From Microthyrium microscopicum (taxonomy: Eukaryota): DNA of 64,000 nucleotides. The position numbers and the translations under genes were made by a program. The stretch covers positions 62,001 through 126,000 of the forward strand of contig MU004248.1 in assembly GCA_010405405.1 (NCBI GenBank), in the 5' to 3' direction. Positions 49,929-61,006 of the stretch are shown piece after piece. A model generated the notes under the pieces. That model saw nothing but the letters and a program-made list of their open reading frames with translations, was not told where the DNA came from and did not search any database. Numbering within the stretch: the stretch's first letter is position 1; the number at the start of each line of letters is the position of its first letter.

Positions 49929-52304
49929 ATGAGCAAGCTGTTCTCTTTGCCTCGACTACTTTCTCATTGCTCTCAAGCTCCACCTTCCTTGGACAAAGCG
50001 CTTTTCCCTAGATCTGGCCCATGCTTCCACCACTGCGTGATTCAAAGTCGCCGGCCAGTGCTGGCAAAATACATCATGATCGACTCTTTAGAACTTGCCC
50101 CGATTACTGCTAAGCCACTAGCTGGCCAACTTGTTCAACACGATGGCAAAAAGCTCACCACCATCCAGGAAGGACTGGCCTATATCCTGATTCCGTTTGA
50201 TGCCCCAACAACGCTGGATACCAAGGCTTCTCGTGCAGGCACCCAAGAGAAGCAAAATGTCTTTTACAATCCTATTCAACAGTACAATCGTGACCTAACG
50301 GTTCTTGCCATTCGCGCGTTTGGTGAGGACTTCATTTCACGTCAGAAAGAAAAAAATCAGAGAAATGCCAATAGAACGGCCAAAAAGCAACACCAGCAGA
50401 AGAGAAAGCGACCAGATGACTCGTCTCAGGCCGAATCCCCAACTAAGAAGTTAAAACAAGTTGAATCCTTTCCGAGTGAAGTTTCTCCATCTTCACAACC
50501 AACGCTCTCTTCCATCATCCAAAGTCAAATGCACAAGTCCGATGAAATCGACGACTCTTTTGGTGATGGTGGAATTGCCGATGAAGATTTCTTGCTCGCT
50601 GAACAAAATGCTCGACAAGCTGGCGTTCTAGCAGGCTCTGCATCTCAGCCAGTCGAGGCGCCAGTGCCAAAGACTGTGGACATACCTCCTTTACAAGAGA
50701 CAAAACGGCAGCGATCTCCCCATCTCCAGTTCCGAATTCTTGATGCCTTATCCGCAACTGGCTTGAGAGCTTTGCGATATGTTAAAGAGATTCCATTTGT
50801 AACTTCCGTTACTGCTAATGATCTATTGCCTGCTGCTACTGCTGCAATAAAGCTGAATATAGAGCATAACGCGCTACCGGACACGATGGTGATTAAAACC
50901 ACTACAGGGAACGCCATTACGCATATGTGCTCCACTCATAACGGAGTCCCGTACTCTGTTGTTGACCTCGATCCATATGGCACTGCGGTTCCATTTCTTG
51001 ATTCCGCTGTGCAGGCTGTCGCAGACGGTGGCTTGTTATGTGTTACTTGCACGGACACGGCAGTCTTCAATTCTATGGGCTATCTTGAAAAGACATATTC
51101 TCAGTATGGTGGACTTCCTGTCAAAGGCGATTTTTGTCATGAAGCAGGGCTGCGGCTGATTCTACATTCTATTTCAACCGCAGCTGGCAAATACGGCATC
51201 TCAATGGAGCCACTCCTGTCTCTTTCAATTGACTACTATGCGCGCGTCTTTGTTCGACTTAGAAAATCGCCTGCTGAAGTCAAACTCGCTGGTGGGAAAG
51301 CAATGATCGTGTACAATTGCGACCACGGCTGTGGATCATGGACTACCCAATCATTCATCCGGAATCAAGGGAAGGAGAATAAGGATGGAACACTCGCCTT
51401 CAAACATAGTGCCGCACAAGGACCACCAGCCGCCCCATTTTGTGAGCATTGCGGTTCCAAAACTCATCTCGCTGGCCCCATGTATGGCGGACCATTACAC
51501 AACCCAGTCTTCATAGATCGGATTCTGAGCATGCTCCCAGATTTGGATCCCCAAGTCTATCAAACTATAGGCAGAATTAGAGGCATGCTAACTACTGCGC
51601 TCGAGGAAACCTCTTTATATCCTGTTCTTGATATTCCCGCAGAGCCCAAGCCCAAGACAGTAGACAACAATACCGATAACTCAGGCGATGATGCAGAAGA
51701 CTCAAAGTCGCTGATAAGATTCTCCCGCACGCCCGCGCAACTGCTGGACCCTCACCCATTCTACTTTGAACCTAGCTCTTTGGCCAGAATCATTCGGGTC
51801 ATGTCACCATCCCGTGCTCAAATGCAAGGCGCGCTCCGACATTTAGGCTACAAGTGTGTGCGAACTCATGCCAAAGCGGGTACAATCAAGACCAACGCCC
51901 CGTTCTCGGTTCTATGGGATGTGATGCGCGAGTACGTGAAGCAAAAATACCCAAAGGCTGGTCAAAGTCTGCCAAAAACTTCTGCCGGTTGGAAAATATT
52001 GCACAAGGGAGCAGTAAAGAACGAGCTTCCTCCAAGTGAATGGGAAGAAGTCATGGTCGATCAAGCCGAGCTACAAATTGTCAAACGTGATAATGGTTGG
52101 CGTGTAATGCGACGAAGAGCAGCCGCTGGGGATGAACAGGCTACCGGTGGATCCGAGAAGCCCGAGATAGTATTCGACGAGAAACTTGGGAAGCAGGAGT
52201 TTGATGGAGGTCGTGGCATCGTACGATATCCGCAGAATCCGAGAGAGAATTGGGGTCCTATGGCACGAGCAAAGCCGGATCCTAAAATGCCACGGAAAGA
52301 TTAG
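49929..52304 (+). CDS. TRM1: tRNA (guanine26-N2)-dimethyltransferase
   Basis: VFYNPIQQYNRDL, ILDALSATGLRALRY, DLDPYGTA, CHEAGLR, CEHCG, GPMYGGPLH, YPQNPRENWGP. Confidence 0.95.
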   Translation: MSKLFSLPRLLSHCSQAPPSLDKALFPRSGPCFHHCVIQSRRPVLAKYIMIDSLELAPITAKPLAGQLVQHDGKKLTTIQEGLAYILIPFDAPTTLDTKASRAGTQEKQNVFYNPIQQYNRDLTVLAIRAFGEDFISRQKEKNQRNANRTAKKQHQQKRKRPDDSSQAESPTKKLKQVESFPSEVSPSSQPTLSSIIQSQMHKSDEIDDSFGDGGIADEDFLLAEQNARQAGVLAGSASQPVEAPVPKTVDIPPLQETKRQRSPHLQFRILDALSATGLRALRYVKEIPFVTSVTANDLLPAATAAIKLNIEHNALPDTMVIKTTTGNAITHMCSTHNGVPYSVVDLDPYGTAVPFLDSAVQAVADGGLLCVTCTDTAVFNSMGYLEKTYSQYGGLPVKGDFCHEAGLRLILHSISTAAGKYGISMEPLLSLSIDYYARVFVRLRKSPAEVKLAGGKAMIVYNCDHGCGSWTTQSFIRNQGKENKDGTLAFKHSAAQGPPAAPFCEHCGSKTHLAGPMYGGPLHNPVFIDRILSMLPDLDPQVYQTIGRIRGMLTTALEETSLYPVLDIPAEPKPKTVDNNTDNSGDDAEDSKSLIRFSRTPAQLLDPHPFYFEPSSLARIIRVMSPSRAQMQGALRHLGYKCVRTHAKAGTIKTNAPFSVLWDVMREYVKQKYPKAGQSLPKTSAGWKILHKGAVKNELPPSEWEEVMVDQAELQIVKRDNGWRVMRRRAAAGDEQATGGSEKPEIVFDEKLGKQEFDGGRGIVRYPQNPRENWGPMARAKPDPKMPRKD

Positions 52305-52401
52305 GTGTAGTTGTATAATATTTAACAAGGTGCAAGTATGGGTTCGGAATACTACATCGCTCCATAACGCCATTGTAATGCTTCATTAAGTTTGACCCCA
52401 A

Positions 52402-53025
52402 CTACCGCCGATTTGTCTTCACGTTGAAGGGACTAGCCTCCGCTGCGGCATATGCATCAAAGCTGAACAGTGTCGTGGCGTAGAGTCCTAGGAACCGCAT
52501 TATCCCATCGCTTAAACCACCCATATTGAACGCCGGGAAAGCTGCTCCAGACGTTGTACGACCTGGGTTGCCCTCTGATCCTAATACACGCCCTTTCGAC
52601 TGGAAGGCTGCCCCACTTGGTCCTGAGCCACGTCCAGCATCTGTGGTAGCGGAAGCTACCGCGCTGCGCAGCGCCGAGGGATTTGCACCGCGGATGGTGT
52701 CCTTGATGGTGCCGTTCTTGAAGACGAGGAATGTGGGCATGCTGTATACTCAGTTAGGCTGATGGCTCGCTCCAAAGTTGGCGAGATTGGCAACTTACGC
52801 AGTGACGTTGTGCTGTTGAGCAATGTTGCTATTGCGATCTGTATCGATCTTCACGAAAGCTAGCTTCCCTGGTGCGCTATGCGATGTGGCTAGCTGCTCG
52901 TAGATTGGAGCAATCTGCTTGCATGGTCCGCACCAAGTGGCATAGAAGTCGGCGATGACATAGGTGTTGGCTTTGAGAATGCCATCAAATTGGGAGGACG
53001 AGCCTATTTCGGTAATCTTGGACAT
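52402..53025 (-). CDS. Thioredoxin with a fungal C-terminal extension, one intron
   Basis: DFYATWCGPCK, VTA|MPTFLVFKNG, GANP. Confidence 0.92.
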
Positions 53026-53388
53026 GTTGATCGTGTAATGCTGGTTAACTTTGTAAGATAGGGACAGCTGTCATGGAGCTCTTATATGCCAGAAATGGAG
53101 GCGAGGCTCAATATACCAAGATTATAGCCGCGCGGATCCGGCCCTAAATGGACCAATGGGAGTTGAAATAGTCCGCTGCCGCGTCTAACATTTTCTTCAC
53201 AGCTTGACCATTAACGAACGCATCACTCCATTCTCATCAGCATCGAGGCTCTAGCAACAACTTCGCTCTCATCGACGTCCATTTGAAGTCCTCTCATCAA
53301 CTCTATCTATCAATTTCACCAAACTTGGCTTTGGAGCAATTTCAGCGCTCTCTCTATTCCACCAACCATTGATATAATATTCTACAGA

Positions 53389-53611
53389 ATGGCACCAAAA
53401 GCAGTACGCTCCAAGCAGCAGGCCAAAGGAGTCGTCCGAACCATGACAGACGAGATGATGAAGTCAGAAAATCGGAGCGTTATCACTGCAGTTGGAGTCT
53501 TTGCTGTAAGACAATCTCATTGTTCAAGTATTGAAATTTAAACTAATACTTTATCAGGTCGGAGTCGCCTTTCTTCATAGCAGTTTGGCCGAGCTTCTGA
53601 TACCGCAATAA
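53389..53611 (+). CDS. TOM6: Mitochondrial import receptor subunit Tom6 (56 aa); intron 53506-53557
   Basis: MAPKAVRSKQQAKGVVRTMTDEMMKSENRSVITAVGVFA|VGVAFLHSSLAELLIPQ* resembles filamentous-fungal Tom6 (SEN..VV..F..AVAFL.SS..E.L). Confidence 0.82.
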
Positions 53612-55303
53612 ACACGAATCGAATCACATCTACCACCCCTCCACTCTCCGGTCACCCTCGGAAACCGAGGACTATCATGAGCATGAACGGTCACTCGGCG
53701 TTGGGCATAATCCGGCTTGCAACAACTAGGTTGATCAACCTCAAAATATGTACTATATGATATATGACCCTGTTTTGCCAGGGAATTTAATTGTTTACCT
53801 TCATCTCGACCTGATTCTTCAAGGCAGGTCATGAGACTCGTGTCCTGATAACAAACTCGAAGCGGATGTGATGTGTCTTGCATGACTTCTAAGCCGCAAT
53901 ATCTTTCGAGCTGCTATCAGATTTTGAGCAGGCAAGACGGGATTGCGATGACATTGCAAATAATCGAGTGGAGGCTGACAAGTCGATCGAAAAGGTATCA
54001 AGACGGGGAGTTGCTCAAATCCCATAACGAGACTTAACTAAAGCTGTCCCTTGAGATACCAATGACAACATGTATAGGCTTCGAGCATTTGATAACTGTT
54101 AAATCTCTGCTCAGTATCGCAAGTTGAAGCCCTGGCATAAGATGGTAAGGCGCTTCATATCATGACACAATACATGGCACTTGGCAGTTACCCACCTGGG
54201 AAGTTCACGATGGCTATTCATGTAGCTTGTGCCATGGTCCTCACGACTTCCACGAACGAAAGCATCAATAGACTAGACACTGCGACCAAGGAACGGTAGC
54301 CTGGCAAAGGGCAATTATGTATCCGACACTGTTTGGATGAGCAAAATATTACTCCAGCTAACCACCCTATCGTTCTGATATTCGCTCGCTACCAGTTACC
54401 CTCGCTATTATAGCGTAGAGTCTTCATCATGGGCTCTGAATGCTCAGGCCTCCCAGAGCGGTCTCCAGTCTGTCTCGAAGTCACCTTGGTCTCTGTAATA
54501 GAAGTCTTCTCAATCTCTCAATGAAAGGTAATATCCACACGCTTCAAACCACATTTCTTGACGACATACGATTGAAACCAAAAACATCGTATCTGTCATC
54601 ACATTCGATCGTTTCCATGAGACTCGTTTCCTACTATCCGAGAGCTAGGAAGCCCATCGAATGCATGGGTGTTACAAGTGGGTTACCGCGGAATGATCAA
54701 AAGGTCTTCTCAAGACGTATTGGCTATTCGCGATTTTATACTGACCAATGCCAGGCCTCCACAATCTCTCCCACAGCTTCTCCAGAAGAAGCTTTTTTTA
54801 GTCTCCTCTGAAGAAGTTTCTTCCAGCTCTCATGAGCCAGTCTGCTCGGTCTCTTCCGACGTCTCCCGAGCTTTCTTCAGAATCTCAGCCAGAGGAAGAG
54901 AATTATTTTCCTAGCAGTGACAATACAGCGCCTTTATCGCGATATCTAAATAATGCATTAGAACATCTTCGCCGCCGGAAATGAGCCAAATCTCCCGGAT
55001 CCAGCACGATTCACTGTTATACTCAAGCGTGACGAACCAAATTAGATCATATTATATCCAGGCATATTTAGCCCTCCGCATGGCGGCCATCGACAACAGC
55101 TAGTCACAGCCTTCTTTCGCCTCTACGGTCGAGCGGCTGTTATTGTTCCTAGACCAGACGATGGCCTGCTCAACAAGACCACGGAAAAGATGCATTTCTT
55201 GTGTTAAAGTGAGCGAACCAAACTTTGGCAATCTAGCGTAGGTTTCTCATGCTGGGCTTACGTCTATAGTGCGACTCAAGCTCATGGATACTACGAATGT
55301 CTT

Positions 55304-55810
55304 GTGGAAGAGCTTATGTCTCCTATCACTCGCTTGACTAACAGAGATGGCTTCAAGGTTGAATTCATGGATCCTTATGGAGGCGATCACTTTCGAGGAC
55401 GTGCGCCAGGGTCACATAGTAGTGTCGGCATTACCACAGGTATATCACGAAAGATTACTTTTAAGAATCTTGAGGGTACAATGACTCCACTAAGAGGCTT
55501 CGAACCGTGGGCTGCCATTGAGAGAGGACTGGAAGAGGAGAGTCATATTCGCAATTGCGTGAGGGACACCGCGTTTGGAGCAGCAGATACTTGTGCTCCA
55601 CATCTTTGGGTTTCTAATCGTTTGAGCAACGGTTACCATGATATGGATAAGGTCTATTTTGTTCCAGTGGAACTGGATGCAAGATACGATGTTAGCTCGA
55701 CCCGAACTCGACGGCTGTTGAGCGAGGCTGTAAACAAAGGAGGACTCAATGTGCCATCAGTCGAGAAAGATGAGTTGTCGAGACTTGTTTTGTCATCAGA
55801 GCTCTATTAA
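55304..55810 (+). pseudogene. Possible 3' remnant of a decayed gene
   Basis: 168-codon open frame starting at GTG, preceded by short broken coding-like frames; no motif recognised. Confidence 0.25.
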
Positions 55811-56156
55811 AGCTTCATCCGGCGAAACATGAGAGAAACGATGACAAAAGATGTGTAAGCCGTGGAACGGGTTGGCCTCAATCCAGAGCCAGTCCTAGAT
55901 TTCAAAGTGAACGGAAGGACTCGTGGTTTGCATAAGAAATAGGTGACATGAAAGGGACCTTTTCTCTACTCAGTATAGATACGCCATCCAGTGGTACTGG
56001 TAGGGAGGCTAAATTGCCAAATACAAAGTCGCAAATAGAACATTCAGGCCCGCCAGATATAAACAAACAACTGCAATCAAAGTCATGTCGTTACAGGTCT
56101 GTGTTGTTTCCCATCATAATCATCCAGTATCGCTTTCACTGCGAATTCCTCTGCTC

Positions 56157-56612
56157 TTACAAAAACATTTTTGCCACGCTCAACAAGCTACTCGCCCCAC
56201 CGCCACCTAATAAGCTACCAAGTCCGCCCATTTCGCTGCCCATATCATCGCCGTACCCTTTACTGCCATAGTATCCGCCTCCACTGCTCATTCGGCCCGA
56301 GTCATGACCACCATGTTTTCCGTTTAAAAAGGAGGGTAGGCGGACGCCAAATTGGCGGGCAAAGGCGGCGAGGGCACCACCTGAAATTAACGGCATGACC
56401 ACCAAAAAGAAGACCTTGAATTTGTTGCGACGCGCATAGTACCAGAGCTCGCGAATAAGATGTCTGAACTTATCAATGAGGCCATTGATATAGCCATCGC
56501 GTGGCCGGCGTTTGTAGTAGGAGGATGAGCGACTGTATGAAGAGGAGGAGCTGCGGGCGTAGCCGGGTCGGTGGCGCGAGGAAGAAGTCCGACCGAAGTT
56601 GAACCAGGCCAT
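56157..56612 (-). CDS. Conserved hypothetical fungal protein (Ser-rich N-terminus, one TM, Gly-rich tail)
   Basis: SSYYKRRPRDGYI, hydrophobic KVFFLVVMPLISGGAL, GS-rich C-terminus; good ATG context. Confidence 0.75.
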   Translation of the reverse strand: MAWFNFGRTSSSRHRPGYARSSSSSYSRSSSYYKRRPRDGYINGLIDKFRHLIRELWYYARRNKFKVFFLVVMPLISGGALAAFARQFGVRLPSFLNGKHGGHDSGRMSSGGGYYGSKGYGDDMGSEMGGLGSLLGGGGASSLLSVAKMFL

Positions 56613-57091
56613 TTTATATATGATATTGCACTCTGGTGGTTTGCGACAAGGAATGAGTTGGTTCCGTGGAGACTGGACCCTGATGGGTGAAGGGACAAGG
56701 GGCGTGAGGCTCTCTAGTGGTCAGGGATGCAATGGTATAGTATATTTCGTGAGAGTTGTTGGTGATATTCAAGGTGAGTAAAGTGATGAGGAAGGGATGC
56801 CCTGGGAAGAAAAGTAGCGATAGTTTTGGAGTGGGATATTGTGTTGGAGCGAAGAAGAGGTTGAGAGAGGTTGAAAATGGTGGAGAGGAGGCTGAAGTTG
56901 CAGAGGGAAAAGGCGGTGGTGGGAAACAGGGGGGCGATAGCCAATCGCCATTGCATTCAGACTTACAGAGAGTACATCTTGTCGTACTTGTCATCAAGAT
57001 GATTTGACACTGTTCTGAATACCGACTACTCTAGATTACAGGTAAATGATTTTTCTCTCCACAAACATTGACTTGCATATCACAGGTAGTA

Positions 57092-57295
57092 CCTCTGCCT
57101 TGCACTCTGAGTTACCCGGGCTGCAAGAATATGGCTTTTCATATGCGCTCTTTGATTGGCTAGTGGAATGTGATCAGACCCTGAGAGCCAGCACTGACCA
57201 ATCATATAGCTGAGAACAAGCTCTTGACCAATCAGATACCGATCTGAGAAGTAACGAAATTTGCAGCCTGGGTAACTCAGAGTGCAAGGCAGAGG
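57092..57295. mobile_element. 204-bp MITE with ~35-bp TIRs and TA (or TAGTA) flanking duplication
   Basis: CCTCTGCCTTGCACTCTGAGTTACCCGGGCTGCAA vs TTGCAGCCTGGGTAACTCAGAGTGCAAGGCAGAGG (1 mismatch). Confidence 0.9.
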
Positions 57296-57946
57296 TAGTA
57301 CTTAGAATGCAGCTTGCGGGTTGCATCCGCTGCCTATGCGCTTCCGCCTGCGAACCGTCAACACCAATGCGAACCATTGTCTGTGCAAATTCTGGCGGGG
57401 TATTTCCTTGTACATTGCGTAGTACTACTAGTATGTAGTATCTAGAACAACTGAGACTGACTTTGTAGCACGCACGCCAGTACAGTCACCTTGATCATGA
57501 ACCTATTAGTATGAAGTAAAGTCAACAAGCACTAAACAGCAGAGAAACCACAAGCAGAAGTCTAAAGTTGTGACAGCCATTTGATATTCATTATTTCATT
57601 CTGCCAGAATCAAGCATTCTAATCTGTAGCGTTTGAGCGCTCGAAAAGAAATCGCATTCCAGAAGAGGCTCAGGCTATTACTATCTTTGCTATCGGTTAT
57701 GGTGTGGTTGTAAAAAGTAAGATATTATCCGACGCGGAACTGGGACTGGAAAGCGACTTCATCATACCTCTTATATATTTACGGTACCCTGGTGGTAGAG
57801 GTCCAACCAATCATTGACAATTGCGGCGAACCACAATCTAAACGTTGCGTTTGTGGTACTTTACTCTATCGACTTCTTATCCAGCACCACAAACATCCAA
57901 GTCCCACAATGCTTCCTTCGCATGAATCACAGTCTTTCCTTTTGAA

Positions 57947-59665
57947 ATGGCGCCCTTGAGAAATACACTTCTTGTAGGATTTTCCCTTATTGCCGTCGTC
58001 ATTGCCGCCCTCCTCGGTCTACAACAGACTCCACTCATTGACGACACAACCTATTGTTACGATCATGTTTCCACCCTGGCCGAATCTAAGCCTGTCGCTA
58101 AATGTTTCTCCGTAGGCTCAGATGGCACTTTCACCCGTATCTATGCAAGTCAAGATGACGCTCCCGACGCTCATGTCAAGATTTCTGGCAGTGTTATTCC
58201 GGGATTATGGGACGGACATGGCCATATACAAGGCCTGGGCGAATTGATATCAACTGTAGACTTGTTTGGATCCACGAGTATGGAGGACGCCTTGCAGAGA
58301 GTCAGCAGTTATTTTGAGAAACATGCCACTTCTGGAACACGAGAGGACTGGCTTCGTGGTACTGGTTGGGATCAGGCAGCATTTGGACGAATGCCCACCG
58401 CTAATGATTTTGACAAGATTCCTGGTCTCAAAGACAAGTACATCATGCTCAGTCGCGTAGACGTTCACTGTGTTTGGGTGTCGCATGCCGTGTTGAAACT
58501 ACTGCCAGATATTCCGGAGAAAGTGCCTGGGGGAGAAATCATCACGGACCCAGGCAGAGGAGTATTCTGCGATAACGCTATAGATTTGGTCTCTAAACAC
58601 TGGCCAAAACCATCAGAGGAAAAACTGGCCTCATGGATCAAGTCGGCGATGAAAGAAATGAACAAAGTTGGCTTGGTAGGCGCCCATGAGGCTGGAGTGA
58701 TTCCACCAGTTCTTCAACTTTATAATCGCTTGGCCGATACTGAAGACTGGACTGTGAGGGTATACGCCATGTTGGAATGCGAAAAGCGTAATACATTTTG
58801 CCCTGAAATAGGTGGGAAATTCACCGGGGCACGACAGGATGGGAAATTGGCAGTTCAGAGTGTCAAATTATTTGCAGATGGCGCTCTTGGCTCCTGGGGA
58901 AGTGCTATGATTGAGCCTTATTCCGATCGGCCTTCATCAAGCGGCTCGTTACTCATCAACGGTACGGATCTCAAACTCATTACCCAACGATGGGCACAGG
59001 AGGGATATCAAGTCAATATTCATGCGATCGGCGACTTGGCCAATCGATATGCTGTAGACGCTTTTCTAGCATCATATCCACTCATCTGTCCCGGAATGTC
59101 AGCCAAGGAGTGTCAGGCTACTCGCAGATTCAGAATTGAGCATTCTCAGATCATTCATCCTGATGATCAAGCCCGCATCCACAAATTTGGTATTATTCCT
59201 TCCATCCAGCCAACACATGCAACAAGCGACATGGCATATGCTGAAGCAAGACTGGGACCCGAGCGAACATCAAAGGAAGCATATCGAATGAAGTCCTTTA
59301 TCGCCCTCAATCCAATTCTAGGGTCGGACTTTCCTGTAGAGCCTGCTAATCCTTTTCATGGAATGTATGCGGCCATTACACGGCGGAATCCAAAGACAGG
59401 CAAAGGCAAAGATGGATCAACCGATGGGTGGCATTCAGAGGAGGCTTTGAACCTGACTGAGGCTGTTCTAGGTTTTACAAAGAATCCAGCTTATGGAGCA
59501 TTTTTAGAAGAAAAGGCTGGCGTCATTCAACCAGGAGCATTCGCCGATTGGGTTGTTCTTGAAAGCCCTTTGGAGAAGCTTGCAGCAGACGACTTGTTGA
59601 CTCTGAAAGTCCAACAGACATGGATGGCAGGGAAACTGGTGTATGCTAAATCGAACAAACAGTGA
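57947..59665 (+). CDS. Amidohydrolase family 3 (YtcJ-like) with N-terminal signal or TM
   Basis: PGLWDGHGH, GWDQ, RVDVH, VKLFADGALGS, HAIGD, RIEHSQ, QPTH, GSDFPVE. Confidence 0.93.
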   Translation: MAPLRNTLLVGFSLIAVVIAALLGLQQTPLIDDTTYCYDHVSTLAESKPVAKCFSVGSDGTFTRIYASQDDAPDAHVKISGSVIPGLWDGHGHIQGLGELISTVDLFGSTSMEDALQRVSSYFEKHATSGTREDWLRGTGWDQAAFGRMPTANDFDKIPGLKDKYIMLSRVDVHCVWVSHAVLKLLPDIPEKVPGGEIITDPGRGVFCDNAIDLVSKHWPKPSEEKLASWIKSAMKEMNKVGLVGAHEAGVIPPVLQLYNRLADTEDWTVRVYAMLECEKRNTFCPEIGGKFTGARQDGKLAVQSVKLFADGALGSWGSAMIEPYSDRPSSSGSLLINGTDLKLITQRWAQEGYQVNIHAIGDLANRYAVDAFLASYPLICPGMSAKECQATRRFRIEHSQIIHPDDQARIHKFGIIPSIQPTHATSDMAYAEARLGPERTSKEAYRMKSFIALNPILGSDFPVEPANPFHGMYAAITRRNPKTGKGKDGSTDGWHSEEALNLTEAVLGFTKNPAYGAFLEEKAGVIQPGAFADWVVLESPLEKLAADDLLTLKVQQTWMAGKLVYAKSNKQ

Positions 59666-60194
59666 GCACTGGATACGAAGGAAAGTAAAGATCTCTCAAT
59701 TCAACGATCACCCACCTTGATCATCCGCTCAAAGATATGTCAAAGCCACACTGCTAGAGACGATGAAAGCCTTGAGTGTTCTGTTGCAATGCGGCCCACG
59801 GCTGCTACTGGATTCTCATACCAAGCACAGTGCACATTTGGAGTCTTTCTACTTTTGCCTCGAGTGCGCTTTGAGATCGTCCAAACATATGGCCTCTCAA
59901 CCATAATGACATGGCATTGTAAAATACCAACAGGTCTACTAATGGATATGACCTCGCTATGGGTTGCGCAATATAATACTAAATAGCTGTTCGCACTTAT
60001 CCCTCTTTTGAGCCCTACAGAGAGAGCTGAATTAGTAGAAAGCGCACTAGCTCGGACAGAGTACAATATAAAAATTGATTAGCGGATTAGATTCCAGGGA
60101 TATAATTTACGACAACGTCTTCCAATGTTCGGTGAGTTATCTACGATTCCCAGCAGTATTGCGTTGATTCTGGTATCCATAGCGGCTTCAAAAG

Positions 60195-61006
60195 ATGTAC
60201 TCGCACGCTCTCGTTCCTGTCTTGTTGGCAGCCGCAGTATTCGCACTGCCACAAAACCCAGTCCCCAAGGAATATCCAGTCAATGGTGACAATGGCGATG
60301 TAGGAGGGATATTTGGCCTAGCCAAAGGCACAATTCGACCAAGTTTGTTCATCCCCCTTAGACACCATACCAACAGAACGGACATTTTCTGATAGATATA
60401 TGAAAAGGTCAGGCCAAAGGACTCTCAGGATTCTCACCAGGGTCAAAATCACCCAAAACCACTGTTGTTGACGACCAAAGTCCTGGAAGCGGCCCTTTTC
60501 CAGCCGCATACTTCACTGACCCTTCACTTCCCGACCATACATTGTATGCAGCAAAATCGCCCTCCAAGAATAAGCTACCAGTTGTGGTATTTGGAAATGG
60601 CGGATGCGTAAATGTTGGGACCATGTTCCAGAATATACTTCGCGAAATTGCAAGTCATGGCTTCCTAGTAATTGCGAATGGACCTGCTGTCACCAACGCC
60701 ACGGGCTTAGCGAATCTGGCTAATCAAACAAATATCAGCGCAATGAAAGCTTCAATCGATTGGGTGATGGCTGGCGCGGCGAACGGCAAATATGGAGCTG
60801 TCGATACGTCCAAGATTGCTGCTGTAGGACAGAGCTGTGGTGGCCTTGAAGCGTACTCTGCGAGTTATCACGACGACCGCGTCAAAACTACGGTGTTGCT
60901 GAATAGCGGCATCATCGACGAGCCAAAGGTTTATTTGCTAGCAGAGCTCAAAGCGCCAGTAGCCTTGTTCAACGGTGGCCCGCTGGACGTTGCATATCCA
61001 AATGTC
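60195..61006 (+). pseudogene. Secreted alpha/beta-hydrolase interrupted by an LTR element
   Basis: Signal peptide; GSGPFPA, LPVVVFGNGGC, EIASHGF, GQSCGG nucleophile elbow, GGPLDVAYPN, then an abrupt switch to transposon sequence. Confidence 0.8.
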
